In this document: in pieces, positions 22,055 to 35,551 of the stretch
Numbering within the stretch: position 1 is the stretch's first letter
How the letters are laid out: every line of letters begins with the position of its first letter
Assembly (NCBI RefSeq): GCF_002854065.1
Contig: NZ_CP024147.1
Length of the DNA stretch: 64,000 nt
Origin: Escherichia coli
GTDB lineage: Bacteria > Pseudomonadota > Gammaproteobacteria > Enterobacterales > Enterobacteriaceae
Strand: one strand, 5' to 3'
The notes under the pieces: generated by a model
Told to the model about the DNA's origin: nothing
What the model saw: the letters and a program-made list of their open reading frames with translations, nothing else
Database searches by the model: none
Position numbers and translations under genes: made by a program

Positions 22055-23068
22055 TTAACCTTTCATAAAATTATATTTAATTGCTGTAAAAAAACCATCG
22101 AGAAATTTTTTCTGGTAAAGCAAGTGTTTATATTCTTCTTTGTACTCATGTTTTTTAACAGCTTTTTTATAAGGTATATTTCTCCATGGTGATATATTAT
22201 AAATATTACGAAAATAATCTGCAGATGCGTAGTTCGCCCAATCATGCCATGGCTTTGTTACACCAGTATAATGTATGAAGACAGTTTCATCATTAATAAA
22301 CCGGGTGTAATATTCACTATTTTTTTCTTCAAATTCTGACTTTATAGTATAAATACAGTTATATTTTCTCGGTAATATTTTAGCATGATGTAGAAACATT
22401 AAGTTTAAAATATCTTGATCCGGATATTTTAATTTTTTGATAATTGACTCATCTGATAATAGTTCAAAGAATTTCTCCGTTAGTCTTTGTTTTAACCATT
22501 CCCGTAAATTAATATACATTACACCAGAGTTAAAATAGCTACCGTTAAAATCCTCATTACCTAAACGCTCAGCGCTTTTACTTTGCATAGCATCTACATC
22601 AATTACCACAGCCCCATATTCATCTTTAAACTCTAATGCTATTAACTCGTTCAATGAACCCTTACAGACGATATCAGCATCAAGATATAATAATGAATCC
22701 AATCGCGCAGAAAAATAGTCAAATGAAAGCAAACGATAATAAATAGATACTGGCCAGATATTTGATTGAGGTAGCGTCTTCAATGGCTCAGAATCAATAT
22801 GATATAATTTAATTACTGTTTGATACTTCGTTGCTAATTGTGATAATAATTCAATATAATCTTTGTCTAAGTAATCAGCGATTATGTGAAAGGTAAATTT
22901 GTTTTGTTTATTATTTTCAAGAATTGAAGCAATTGAAATCGCAGCCCCAACCTGGTAGTTCTCATCAATACCCCATGAGACATTAAACGTTTCCCGTTCA
23001 TCAAGTTTAACGGGGCGCTTGTCCAGTTCAATTATATCTTTAAATTGAGTAAGATGTTTAAAATCCAA
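22055..23068 (-). CDS. GT8 LPS alpha-1,2/1,3-hexosyltransferase; position corresponds to waaJ of R3
   Basis: ORF track 22055..23068 (337 aa); GT8 motifs (YLDADI DxD, HYTGVTKPW). Confidence 0.8.
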   Translation of the reverse strand: MDFKHLTQFKDIIELDKRPVKLDERETFNVSWGIDENYQVGAAISIASILENNKQNKFTFHIIADYLDKDYIELLSQLATKYQTVIKLYHIDSEPLKTLPQSNIWPVSIYYRLLSFDYFSARLDSLLYLDADIVCKGSLNELIALEFKDEYGAVVIDVDAMQSKSAERLGNEDFNGSYFNSGVMYINLREWLKQRLTEKFFELLSDESIIKKLKYPDQDILNLMFLHHAKILPRKYNCIYTIKSEFEEKNSEYYTRFINDETVFIHYTGVTKPWHDWANYASADYFRNIYNISPWRNIPYKKAVKKHEYKEEYKHLLYQKKFLDGFFTAIKYNFMKG

Positions 23069-23092
23069 TTTAATTACCCTTCATCATAATCA

Positions 23093-23800
23093 TTATTTGC
23101 TCTTCAAACCTAGTTTGACTTTTACATCCCTGATTGCTTTTTTAATTTTCTTTTTGAATATAAGATATGTATAGCCAAAGTCTTTCAATTCATTTTTTAT
23201 ATTATAGTGCCGTTCAAGATCAATGCGATCTTTTGCTTTTAAAACTGCGGTTGTTTTTTTACCTGAAAGGTCAATTAGTCTTAAACCTTTTTCGGATACT
23301 ATAAAATTTCCTTTATGAGGATCGCCAGACACCATTCCATGCTGATGCAACTCTTTTATCGATTCTGATAATTGATCCTTCAGTTCTTCAGAAATTTCCA
23401 AATACTCATTTAACCCGATACCTTCAATATACTCAATGAGCATAATATAATAATGCGCGAAATTTAATGTTTTACGTTCAGCAAGCAAAAAATAGTCATT
23501 AATTGATTGAATGCCTTCACCACGTACCCGATCGGTTTGATAAATTAAATTTTCATAATAATCTTTTTTTATGCAAGATTTTAAGAAACGTTCGATCATT
23601 TTATGCTTTGGCGCATAAACTTTAAGTACAAGAGGTCCACGAGCAGTGTCAATAAGAATAACTTTAGTATCATCAATAGAACGAAAAACTTTTAATGTTT
23701 TAACCCTGCAAGTTAAAAAATCATTCAGAACTTGCTCATAAAAGGGATCATTATCTTTTATGAAAACTTTCAACCCATTTATCGTTTTATTATATATCAT
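23093..23800 (-). CDS. waaY: LPS core heptose II kinase
   Basis: ORF track 23093..23800 (235 aa); small kinase-like protein between two GT8 genes, as for WaaY. Confidence 0.85.
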   Translation of the reverse strand: MIYNKTINGLKVFIKDNDPFYEQVLNDFLTCRVKTLKVFRSIDDTKVILIDTARGPLVLKVYAPKHKMIERFLKSCIKKDYYENLIYQTDRVRGEGIQSINDYFLLAERKTLNFAHYYIMLIEYIEGIGLNEYLEISEELKDQLSESIKELHQHGMVSGDPHKGNFIVSEKGLRLIDLSGKKTTAVLKAKDRIDLERHYNIKNELKDFGYTYLIFKKKIKKAIRDVKVKLGLKSK

Positions 23801-23825
23801 ATTGAATTATTTTAACCTTAAATCT

Positions 23826-24833
23826 TTAAAAGCATTTTTCTTTATAATACTTTAAATAATTAAAAATGCCCGCCATATAATGCTTTTGTTTAAATTTATG
23901 TTTTGCACAATACCGATACTGATTGCTATTTACAGGTTTAAGTAAATCTTCTTTACACCACGGAGAAGATGCTTTGGCGATCAAAAAACTACGTGACACC
24001 GGATAGTCAGCCCATTCATGCCAGGGTTTTGTAGGTCCCACATAGTGTATAAACACAGTGTCATCATTGACTGGATTATCAACTTTGTCTTTTAATTCAT
24101 AGTTAATACTATATCGGGTATTATATTTCCCAGAAATAAACTTCACTTTACCATTCAATAATACATTCAGTACATCTTGATCAAGGTGGGTGATTTTACT
24201 TACCCAATCTGGATCACGCAACATTTCAATAGCTTTTGACGAAATGTTATTAAGATTCCACTCATCAATATTTATCAGTAAAAAACCAGCATTGAAATAT
24301 CCAGAAGCTAATTGTGGTGTAGTTAATACCGAGGCTCGATTCTGCCACCATTCAACATCTCTTTCAGCTACAACTGCGGCAATTTCATTAGTAGAGAATT
24401 GATAATCTAAGAGTTCTTTAATACTACCCTTGCAAGCAATATCTGCATCAAGATATAGTATTTTTTCATGTTTATTATAGAAATAGTCTGCAATTATAAA
24501 TCGAAAATATGTAGCGTAAGTCCAGTTTTTCGTGCTTGGTAATGACTTCAGCTTATCACAATTGATAACATAAATATTAATTCTTGAATTATATTGTTTT
24601 GCTAAATCGGAAAAATATAACTTGTCTTTATCACTGATATAATCTGTGAAAACATGAAATTCACAAGAGATTTCTCTATTGTTTAATAGAATAGATGCGA
24701 TGGCTACACCACATCCAAAAAGAAAATTTCTGTCAATACCAAATGCTATATCAAGAGTATTTTTAGATCTTATATTTTGATAATGAAAATTATACTCAAA
24801 AAGGATGATGTCACTATCATTGAGTTGAGACAT
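23826..24833 (-). CDS. GT8 LPS alpha-1,3-hexosyltransferase; position corresponds to waaI of R3
   Basis: ORF track 23826..24833 (335 aa); GT8 motifs (YLDADI, HYVGPTKPW). Confidence 0.8.
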   Translation of the reverse strand: MSQLNDSDIILFEYNFHYQNIRSKNTLDIAFGIDRNFLFGCGVAIASILLNNREISCEFHVFTDYISDKDKLYFSDLAKQYNSRINIYVINCDKLKSLPSTKNWTYATYFRFIIADYFYNKHEKILYLDADIACKGSIKELLDYQFSTNEIAAVVAERDVEWWQNRASVLTTPQLASGYFNAGFLLINIDEWNLNNISSKAIEMLRDPDWVSKITHLDQDVLNVLLNGKVKFISGKYNTRYSINYELKDKVDNPVNDDTVFIHYVGPTKPWHEWADYPVSRSFLIAKASSPWCKEDLLKPVNSNQYRYCAKHKFKQKHYMAGIFNYLKYYKEKCF

Positions 24834-24875
24834 ATTTATTCTGTATCCAAAATTTTGGCAAAAATAAGTTACGGG

Positions 24876-25673
24876 TTACAACGATTTTCGAATCGTTCTT
24901 TCCCTGATTTTTGTGGCTTTTGCTTCTGCTTGCGACAGCAGTCCTTGTTCCTGCTTGAGAATGTCTTTAAGCGGGGCGGCAAAATACACTTTCATAAACC
25001 GCCAGATATCCCGCTGAGTCAGGCCGATATTCATCGAAGAAAAATAAAGCCCTATAAGATCTTTATCGCGCCAACGACGTGGAACGCGCGTGCGAAGCTG
25101 CGCCCGGTGCAGGTCAATTACCGAAATTTTTAACTCCTCTTCCTTACCGGAAAAAGGCAAGTGCAACAGGAAATGACAGATATAACAGTCACGGTGGTTA
25201 ATGCCCGCAGCATGCATATCGCGCACCATCGTCGCGACACGCTTAATAAGCATACGCTTTACGCGAACATCTGGAGGGTTAGTCGCCCAGTCAGCACAGT
25301 AATCTTCCAGACTTATGGTTGGTGTCAGATCTTCGGTAATAATAAATGAAGTTCTGGTCAGCGGATTCATGCCTTTTTCGCCAAATGCCACCCCATACAT
25401 AGTATCAACGCCGACATCCCGCAGTCGATGAATCGCATTCCATTCGCGGTCTGCGCCTAATACTGGCATCCGCAATGAGAGTAAATTTTTGATTATCTCT
25501 TTCAGGGTCGTGCCGCGATGCCATTTGAGAAAATAGCTTTTGCCCGCCATTTCAAAGCGCAGAGTACGGCGAGTTTCCAGTTCACGAAATACCTCACCCT
25601 GCAAGGTTTTAACTTCCTCAAAAGGATCTTTACCGCGCCATAACGTGGCAAACGGCTCTTTAAGTTCAACCAT
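24876..25673 (-). CDS. waaP: LPS core heptose I kinase
   Basis: ORF track 24876..25682; start trimmed to [21 protein letters not shown] (recall of WaaP); overlaps waaG by 8 nt. Confidence 0.93.
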   Translation of the reverse strand: MVELKEPFATLWRGKDPFEEVKTLQGEVFRELETRRTLRFEMAGKSYFLKWHRGTTLKEIIKNLLSLRMPVLGADREWNAIHRLRDVGVDTMYGVAFGEKGMNPLTRTSFIITEDLTPTISLEDYCADWATNPPDVRVKRMLIKRVATMVRDMHAAGINHRDCYICHFLLHLPFSGKEEELKISVIDLHRAQLRTRVPRRWRDKDLIGLYFSSMNIGLTQRDIWRFMKVYFAAPLKDILKQEQGLLSQAEAKATKIRERTIRKSL

Positions 25674-26790
25674 CCAGACCACCCGTTATGATATCCGCCG
25701 CTTTCTCTGGCAGACTGTATAAATCTTGTGTATCAGCATAATGTCGCGCATTTTCCGCCCAGGCCTGGCGCAATGAAGATTGCGTTAACGCTTTGCGTAA
25801 AATCTCATTCAATGTTTCCTGGCGGAATGGCTCAACAATAGCCTCGCCGCAATTGGCCTCGACAATATAATGCGCATAGCCACAAACGGCTGTTGTTAGT
25901 ACCGGTAATCCTGCAGTAATCGCTTCCAGCAGCACAATTCCCGCCGCTTCCTGGTAGGCAGGATGCAGTAATAAATCCGCCGCCGCCATTAATTCCGAGA
26001 CATCGTTGCGCCCCGAGAAGAAGTGAACATTACTGCGCACGCCGCGTTTTTCTGCCAGCGCCTCAAATTTTCGCGGTTTATCCTGCCCAACAACATATAG
26101 CAATGTGTTGTGGCGCAGCGAATCCGGTAACGAAGCAAGTGCTTCAATGGAACGATCGACACCTTTACGCGTGAAGTCTGAACCGACCTGCAACAATAAA
26201 TATTGTTGTTCGGTTATTCCATTCTTCTTACGGAAGATTTCACGGCTATTAGCTGGCTGCTGGCTATATTTACGATCAGGATAAATCCCCGGTGGCAGAA
26301 TATGAAAACGCTCCGCTTCAGTCTGATAATGTTTCTGGAAATCGGCGATTTGCTTATCTGTCAGCATCAGCAGCTGTGTCGGCTTGCCCTGTTCGAAGGT
26401 TGCCCGCTCAAAGGCGGCATAATGGCGATAACGTGACGTCAGGCGATAGAAAAAGCCTTTTTCCTGCGCTACTTTCTCGGCATAACAAACATCAGCGGCA
26501 TAATAAACGTCCAGCCCCGGCATTTTATTGAATCCAACGACTTTATCGACGGGATGTTCGCGTAAATGTTTTTGCACCCAGGCAAAATACTCCGCATTGC
26601 GCCCGTGATTGGTATGCGATTTAACCGGCACTTTGATCAGTTCAAATACATCAGGGCATTCGCCTTCCCACGACTGGGTATAAACCCGAACATGATGACC
26701 TCGGGCGGCGACTGTCTGAGCAATACGCATAAAATCGCGCTGCAAACCGCCAAAGGGAAAATATTTATATAAACAAAAAGCAACGATCAT
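25666..26790 (-). CDS. waaG: LPS glucosyltransferase I (GT4)
   Basis: ORF track 25666..26790 (374 aa); [25 protein letters not shown]-terminus as recalled. Confidence 0.93.
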   Translation of the reverse strand: MIVAFCLYKYFPFGGLQRDFMRIAQTVAARGHHVRVYTQSWEGECPDVFELIKVPVKSHTNHGRNAEYFAWVQKHLREHPVDKVVGFNKMPGLDVYYAADVCYAEKVAQEKGFFYRLTSRYRHYAAFERATFEQGKPTQLLMLTDKQIADFQKHYQTEAERFHILPPGIYPDRKYSQQPANSREIFRKKNGITEQQYLLLQVGSDFTRKGVDRSIEALASLPDSLRHNTLLYVVGQDKPRKFEALAEKRGVRSNVHFFSGRNDVSELMAAADLLLHPAYQEAAGIVLLEAITAGLPVLTTAVCGYAHYIVEANCGEAIVEPFRQETLNEILRKALTQSSLRQAWAENARHYADTQDLYSLPEKAADIITGGLDG

Positions 26791-27845
26791 AACGACGTAC
26801 CTGTCGTGGAGGAGGGCAGTAATTTATCGACAGCAGCAATGATATCTGCCGCCGGAATAACCGAAAGATACATCTCATTTCGGTCACGCTGATCGCGCGT
26901 TGGCATTTCCCGGTAATCTCCCGCCCAGAATTGAATCATGTTATTTGACCAGGGACGCCAGAAAATATGGTCTGTCGCACCAAACAGCGATATCAGCGGC
27001 GTATTAACTGCAGCGGCAATATGCGCCGGTGCGGAATCAACGCCAATAAACAGCTGCGCATGATCGATTAACGCACCAAGTTCCGGGAAGGTCACCTTTC
27101 CAGCCAGCGCCGTTACTGGTGGCGTCTGGCATCCCTGCGCAATTTCATTGACGCAGGCCAGATCGTCTTTATCTGGGCCGGACGTCAGAACGACTTCATA
27201 ACCACGAGCATGTAAGGCATCAATCACAGCGGAAAACTTGGCGTTGTCCCAGCATTTGAAGATTTGCCGCGCCGTAGGTTGGATAACCACATAATTTTGT
27301 CCAACACCAGCGTGATCAAGTTCGCGACGCATACGTTTCCAGCTTGCAGGCGGGTAACTCATGGTTGTCTGCTTCACCAACGAATCAAGTCCCAATGGTG
27401 TCAGCACGGATAAGTTACTTTCCACCACATTTCCACCCTGCAACGGCACCAAATGGGTGAAACTTTTACGCCAAAAAGCAGACTGCCGATGATGATAATC
27501 CTGGGAAATTTTCACACGGGCATTTAATAAGCGAACCAGTATAGCAACCATCCATTGATCGGTAAGATTGACGATAAGGTCATACTTATTGGCACGTAAT
27601 ACCTTGATGAGATGAAAAAAGTTGGCAATTTTTTCTGAGGCTTTTGCTTTTTTATTTTTTATGCCGTAGAGCGCGTTAATCTCTGGATTTTCAGACAGGA
27701 TCGGGATGGTGTCCTGATAAAGCAGCACATCGATTTTTGCGTCAGGGTAATTTTTTTTCAGCGAACTAATGACGGGAGTAGTTAATAACATATCCCCATG
27801 AAAACGCATCTTAATGAGCAAAATTCTTCGAAATGGCTTATCCAC
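26787..27845 (-). CDS. waaQ: LPS heptosyltransferase III
   Basis: ORF track 26787..27845 (352 aa); GT9 N-terminal motif RILLIKMRFHGDMLLTTP; first gene of the waaQ operon. Confidence 0.92.
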   Translation of the reverse strand: MDKPFRRILLIKMRFHGDMLLTTPVISSLKKNYPDAKIDVLLYQDTIPILSENPEINALYGIKNKKAKASEKIANFFHLIKVLRANKYDLIVNLTDQWMVAILVRLLNARVKISQDYHHRQSAFWRKSFTHLVPLQGGNVVESNLSVLTPLGLDSLVKQTTMSYPPASWKRMRRELDHAGVGQNYVVIQPTARQIFKCWDNAKFSAVIDALHARGYEVVLTSGPDKDDLACVNEIAQGCQTPPVTALAGKVTFPELGALIDHAQLFIGVDSAPAHIAAAVNTPLISLFGATDHIFWRPWSNNMIQFWAGDYREMPTRDQRDRNEMYLSVIPAADIIAAVDKLLPSSTTGTSL

Positions 27846-27894
27846 AAGTAACTCTTTTTGTTGAGATTATCCGATTAAGGTGAAGCAGAAAAAG

Positions 27895-27906
27895 CACGCT
27901 ACCGCC
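27895..27906 (-). promoter_or_regulatory. ops element (RfaH recruitment site) within the JUMPstart sequence of the waaQ leader
   Basis: Reverse complement of 27894..27906 is GGCGGTAGCGTGC, matching the ops consensus GGCGGTAGCGTG; about 50 bp upstream of the waaQ start. Confidence 0.75.
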
Positions 27907-28257
27907 CCAGGCTCAACAGCTACCTGAATACTGATACCGCACTGATATTGACGCGCTAGTGTATCACTTCTTTCGCGGCAATCCGACCCGAATGATTTTT
28001 AAGCACACTGTTGATTTTCAATAAAGAAATCAATCAAATATAATCATTAGCAACCATATTCTTTCACTGTTGCTCTGCGATTTCTTCCTGCACGTACAGC
28101 AGAAATCAATGAATCGCATAAAAATACAAAAAAAGTATAGATGTTCAGCAAGAATTGGCGGGTAAATTGCTATTTAAGTCAAAAACGGGAAAAGTAATGG
28201 TAAAGCCACAGCTAAATACATAGAATCCCCAGCACATCCATAAGTCAGCTATTTACT

Positions 28258-30022
<1,765 letters not shown>

Positions 30023-30060
30023 CGTTTATGCCGGATGGTATGCCATCCGGCGCGCATGAA

Positions 30061-30870
30061 TTACTTCTGGCACTGCCGACAATAAAACGTTGCCCGCTGC
30101 GCATGTTTAGTCGCCACAATCGGCGTACCGCACACCCGACAGGGCTCGCCTTTTCGCCCGTAAACCTGCAATTCCTGCGCGAAATAGCCCGGTTTACCAT
30201 CACTTTGCAGAAAATCTTTCAGCGTTGTACCGCCCTGCTCAATCGAACGCAGCAACACCGCTTTAATCACCCGAGCCAGCAATTCGCACTCCGCCAGCGA
30301 CAGTGATGACGCCAGCCGATTCGGATGGATCCCCGCCGCAAACAGAGATTCGCTGGCATAGATATTCCCTACGCCTACCACCAGCTTGTTATCCATCAGC
30401 CACGGTTTAATCGCCGTTTTTTTCTTCGCGCACTTCTGATGCAGATACTCACCATTGAAATCGACGCTAAGCGGCTCCGGCCCAAGATGAGCCAGCACGT
30501 TGTGCCCTTCCAGCTCTTTGGTCCACAGCCAGGCACCAAAGCGGCGCGGATCGGTGTAGCGCAGCACTTTACCGTTGCTCATCACCAAATCCACATGGTC
30601 ATGCTTTTCAGGGGGAAGTTCTTCTGGAAGGATACGCAGGCTGCCAGACATCCCCAAATGAATGATAATCCAGCCCTCAGGCAGCTCCAGCAGCAGATAT
30701 TTAGCCCGCCGCTGCACGCTAAGCACTGGTTGATCGCTTAATCGGTAGATCTCTTCTGAAACCGGCCAGCGCAAGCGTCCGTTGCGCACCACCGCATGAA
30801 GAATGGTTGCACCAACGAGATGCGGTTCTATGCCGCGGCGGCTGGTTTCAACTTCGGGTAATTCAGGCAT
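30061..30870 (-). CDS. mutM: Formamidopyrimidine-DNA glycosylase
   Basis: ORF track 30061..30897; start trimmed to [19 protein letters not shown]-terminal zinc finger [25 protein letters not shown]. Confidence 0.95.
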   Translation of the reverse strand: MPELPEVETSRRGIEPHLVGATILHAVVRNGRLRWPVSEEIYRLSDQPVLSVQRRAKYLLLELPEGWIIIHLGMSGSLRILPEELPPEKHDHVDLVMSNGKVLRYTDPRRFGAWLWTKELEGHNVLAHLGPEPLSVDFNGEYLHQKCAKKKTAIKPWLMDNKLVVGVGNIYASESLFAAGIHPNRLASSLSLAECELLARVIKAVLLRSIEQGGTTLKDFLQSDGKPGYFAQELQVYGRKGEPCRVCGTPIVATKHAQRATFYCRQCQK

Positions 30871-30922
30871 AGCATCTCCAGGAATGAACAGATGCAATCA
30901 ATATGGGGGCAAGCAGATAACA

Positions 30923-30950
30923 AAAAACCCCGCCGGAGCGAGGTTTTTCG
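30923..30950 (-). terminator. Putative intrinsic terminator after rpmG
   Basis: On the minus strand aaccucgc-uccg-gcgggguuuuuug (one G-U wobble) followed by a U-run. Confidence 0.45.
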
Positions 30951-30967
30951 TTACATCAAAGCGAGAA

Positions 30968-31138
<171 letters not shown>

Positions 31139-31155
31139 TTATTTCCTCTAAGTAC

Positions 31156-31413
<258 letters not shown>

Positions 31414-31608
31414 TTAGCTCGAGCTTCGTATGGGGTATTGGCGCCTCGTCAGGCTTTACAGCCCGGTCATCGCAGTTCTATGTGAACTCTCGATTGCCAG
31501 GCCCAAATGCCAAACCCGAGATTCTCAAAGGTGGCGTAGTATACGCTGACTCAGCGATGTGCTCAAGTCCCGAACAGACAAAGATCCCGAAGGATCGCGC
31601 ATAGCGGG

Positions 31609-32283
31609 TTAAATCCAGCCGCGTTCGGCAAAAGAAACATACTCTCCACGCCCAATCACGATATGGTCGAGCACGCGTAAATCCATGAACTGACAACTCT
31701 TTATTATCCGTTCAGTAATGAGTTTATCCGCTTTACTGGGTTCAGCACAACCCGAAGGGTGATTATGTGCAAGGATCAGCGCCGAGGCGTTTATTTTTAT
31801 CGCTTCGCGGATAATTTCCCGAGGATGGACTTCAACATGGTTTAGCGTGCCGGAAAAAAGACGGCTATGCGTTATAACCCGGTGTTGTGAGTCGAGAAAG
31901 ATCACCATAAAGATCTCCCGCTCCTCACCCGTGAGCTGGCTTTGTAAAAATTCCCGCGTCATCTCCGGGCTGAGTAAAGGGCTTTCTTCACGCATCCGCA
32001 CGTTGTAGTAACGCCGCGCCAGTTCAGCAATCCCCTTTAACTGGGCAAATTTCGCCACGCCAATTCCATGAACACCACTAAATTGTTCATATTCAGAGGT
32101 TAACAAGCCATAAAGAGAGCCGAAATTCTCCAGCATCTCTTTTGCCAGGGTTAATACATCTTTACCGCGCGTTCCGGTACGCAGAAATAGCGCCAGCAGC
32201 TCGACATCCGTTAAGGCGCTAATACCAAACTTCAGCATTTTTTCGCGCGGCATCAACAGCTGTGCATTGTTTTTCACCTTCAC
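31609..32283 (-). CDS. yicR: UPF0758/RadC-like JAB-domain protein
   Basis: ORF track 31609..32283 (224 aa); JAMM-like motif HNHPSG; exact start uncertain by a few codons. Confidence 0.9.
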
Positions 32284-32448
32284 CTCCTTTGTGGTGCTCG
32301 CATCCTGTCATAGCCGTTCCGTTAAATCGACGGCCAGTTTTCAATCCTGGAAAGCGCCTCGCAAAGTGATTCTCAGGTGAAGGCACGACAACAAAAGTAT
32401 TGTGATAAAATCGCCAACTTCTGGTGTCACCCAACAGGAAAAATCATC

Positions 32449-33669
32449 ATGAGCCTGGCCGGTAAAAAAATCGTTCTCGGCGTTAGCGGCGGTATTGCTG
32501 CCTATAAAACCCCTGAACTGGTGCGTCGTTTGCGCGATCGCGGGGCCGACGTCCGCGTAGCCATGACCGAAGCGGCAAAAGCCTTTATCACCCCACTTAG
32601 CTTGCAGGCGGTTTCTGGTTATCCCGTTTCCGACAGTCTGCTGGACCCGGCAGCCGAAGCCGCTATGGGCCATATTGAGCTGGGTAAATGGGCTGATTTA
32701 GTGATTCTCGCCCCTGCCACGGCAGATTTGATTGCCCGTGTTGCTGCCGGAATGGCGAATGATCTGGTATCGACGATTTGTCTGGCTACACCTGCGCCTG
32801 TAGCCGTGATCCCCGCCATGAACCAGCAGATGTACCGTGCCGCTGCCACGCAGCATAATTTAGAGGTGCTTGCTTCCCGTGGTTTGCTCATCTGGGGGCC
32901 AGACAGTGGCAGTCAGGCTTGTGGTGATATCGGTCCTGGGCGAATGCTCGATCCGTTAACCATTGTGGATATGGCGGTGGCGCATTTTTCGCCCGTCAAC
33001 GACCTGAAACATCTGAACATTATGATTACCGCCGGCCCGACGCGTGAACCGCTCGATCCGGTGCGTTATATCTCTAATCACAGCTCCGGCAAGATGGGTT
33101 TTGCTATCGCCGCCGCCGCTGCCCGTCGTGGCGCGAACGTCACGCTGGTATCAGGTCCGGTTTCACTACCGACGCCACCGTTTGTTAAACGTGTTGATGT
33201 GATGACTGCGCTGGAAATGGAAGCCGCCGTGAATGCTTCTGTACAGCAGCAAAATATTTTTATCGGCTGCGCCGCCGTGGCGGATTATCGCGCAGCTACC
33301 GTGGCCCCAGAAAAAATCAAAAAGCAGGCCACGCAGGGTGATGAATTAACAATAAAAATGGTTAAAAACCCCGATATCGTCGCAGGCGTTGCCGCACTAA
33401 AAGACCATAGACCCTACGTCGTTGGATTTGCCGCCGAAACAAATAATGTGGAAGAATACGCCCGGCAAAAACGTATCCGTAAAAACCTTGATCTGATCTG
33501 CGCGAACGATGTTTCCCAGCCAACTCAAGGATTTAACAGCGACAACAACGCATTACACCTTTTCTGGCAGGACGGAGATAAAGTCTTACCGCTTGAGCGC
33601 AAAGAGCTCCTTGGCCAATTATTACTCGACGAGATCGTGACCCGTTATGATGAAAAAAATCGACGTTAA
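32449..33669 (+). CDS. coaBC: Bifunctional phosphopantothenoylcysteine decarboxylase/synthetase
   Basis: ORF track 32377..33669; start trimmed to [20 protein letters not shown] (flavoprotein N-domain). Confidence 0.95.
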
Positions 33670-34105
33670 GATTCTGGACCCGCGCGTTGGGAAGGAATTT
33701 CCGCTCCCGACTTATGCCACCTCTGGCTCTGCCGGACTTGACCTGCGTGCCTGTCTCGACGACGCCGTAGAACTGGCTCCGGGTGACACTACGCTGGTTC
33801 CGACCGGGCTGGCGATTCATATTGCCGATCCTTCACTGGCGGCAATGATGCTGCCGCGCTCCGGATTGGGACATAAGCACGGTATCGTGCTTGGTAACCT
33901 GGTAGGATTGATCGATTCCGACTATCAGGGCCAGTTGATGATTTCCGTGTGGAACCGTGGTCAGGACAGCTTCACCATTCAACCTGGCGAACGCATCGCC
34001 CAGATGATTTTTGTTCCGGTAGTACAGGCTGAATTTAATCTGGTGGAAGATTTCGACGCCACCGACCGCGGTGAAGGCGGCTTTGGTCACTCTGGTCGTC
34101 AGTAA
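33650..34105 (+). CDS. dut: dUTP diphosphatase
   Basis: ORF track 33647..34105; [34 protein letters not shown]. Confidence 0.95.
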
Positions 34106-34211
34106 CACATACGCATCCGAATAACGTCATAACATAGCCGCAAACATTTCGTTTGCGGTCATAGCGTGGGTGCCGCCTGGCAAGTGCTTATTTTCAGGGG
34201 TATTTTGTAAC

Positions 34212-34808
34212 ATGGCAGAAAAACAAACTGCGAAAAGGAACCGTCGCGAGGAAATACTTCAGTCTCTGGCGCTGATGCTGGAATCCAGCGATGGAAGCCA
34301 ACGTATCACGACGGCAAAACTGGCCGCCTCTGTCGGCGTTTCCGAAGCGGCACTGTATCGCCACTTCCCCAGTAAGACCCGCATGTTCGATAGCCTGATT
34401 GAGTTTATCGAAGATAGCCTGATTACTCGCATCAACCTGATTCTGAAAGATGAGAAAGACACCACAGCGCGCCTGCGTCTGATTGTGTTGCTGCTTCTCG
34501 GTTTTGGTGAGCGTAATCCTGGCCTGACCCGCATCCTCACTGGTCATGCACTGATGTTTGAACAGGATCGCCTGCAAGGGCGCATCAACCAACTTTTCGA
34601 GCGTATTGAAGCGCAGCTGCGTCAGGTATTGCGTGAAAAGAGAATGCGTGAGGGTGAAGGTTACACCACCGATGAAACCCTGCTGGCAAGCCAGATCCTG
34701 GCCTTCTGTGAAGGTATGCTGTCACGTTTTGTCCGCAGCGAATTTAAATACCGCCCGACGGATGATTTTGACGCCCGCTGGCCGCTAATTGCCGCGCAGT
34801 TGCAGTAA
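34212..34808 (+). CDS. slmA: Nucleoid occlusion factor SlmA (TetR family)
   Basis: ORF track 34170..34808; start trimmed to [20 protein letters not shown]. Confidence 0.93.
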
Positions 34809-34810
34809 TA

Positions 34811-34840
34811 TGACGCCGGATGACTTTTCATCCGGCGAGT
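34811..34840. terminator. Hairpin between convergent slmA and pyrE (putative bidirectional terminator)
   Basis: cgccggatga-cttt-tcatccggcg perfect inverted repeat at 34814..34837. Confidence 0.45.
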
Positions 34841-34844
34841 TTCT

Positions 34845-35486
34845 TTAAACGCCGAACTCTTCGCGATAGGCCTTAACCGCCGCCAGATGTTCCGCCATTT
34901 CTGGCTTCTCTTCCAGGTAAGCAATCAAGTCTTTCAGGGTAATGATAGAGATCACCTTGCAGTTGTAATCACGCTCAACTTCCTGAATCGCCGAAATCTC
35001 GCCGCGCCCCCGTTCCTGACGATCAAGCGAAATCAATACGCCAGCAAGCGTCGCGCCATTAGCCTGAATAATCTCCATCGACTCGCGAATCGCCGTTCCG
35101 GCGGTGATCACATCATCTACCAGCATTACGCGTCCTTGTAACGCGCTACCAACCAGATTGCCGCCTTCACCGTGGTCTTTTGCCTCTTTGCGGTTAAAGC
35201 AGTACGGCAGGTCAAGGTCATGATGCTCCGCCAGCGCCACGGCGGTAGTGGTGGCAATCGGGATCCCTTTGTAAGCAGGGCCAAACAGCAGATCGAACTC
35301 AATGCCGGAATCCACCAACGCTTCAGCGTAAAAACGGCCTAACAGTGCCAGATCGCGCCCGGTATTAAACAGCCCGGCGTTGAAGAAATAGGGGCTTTTG
35401 CGCCCGGACTTCAGCGTAAACTCGCCAAACTTTAACACCTGCTTGCTAAGCGCAAATTCAATAAACTGGCGCTGATATGGTTTCAT
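34845..35486 (-). CDS. pyrE: Orotate phosphoribosyltransferase
   Basis: ORF track 34845..35501; start trimmed to [23 protein letters not shown]. Confidence 0.95.
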
Positions 35487-35516
35487 GCCTTCGCTCCTCA
35501 TCTTACTTTTCTACAG

Positions 35517-35546
35517 ACAAAAAAAAGGCGACTCATCAGTCGCCTT
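35517..35546 (-). terminator. pyrE attenuator (intrinsic terminator between rph and pyrE)
   Basis: On the minus strand ggcgacugaugagucgcc hairpin followed by U8; lies between the rph stop (35552) and pyrE start (35486), the classic rph-pyrE attenuation arrangement. Confidence 0.75.
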
Positions 35547-35551
35547 AAAAA

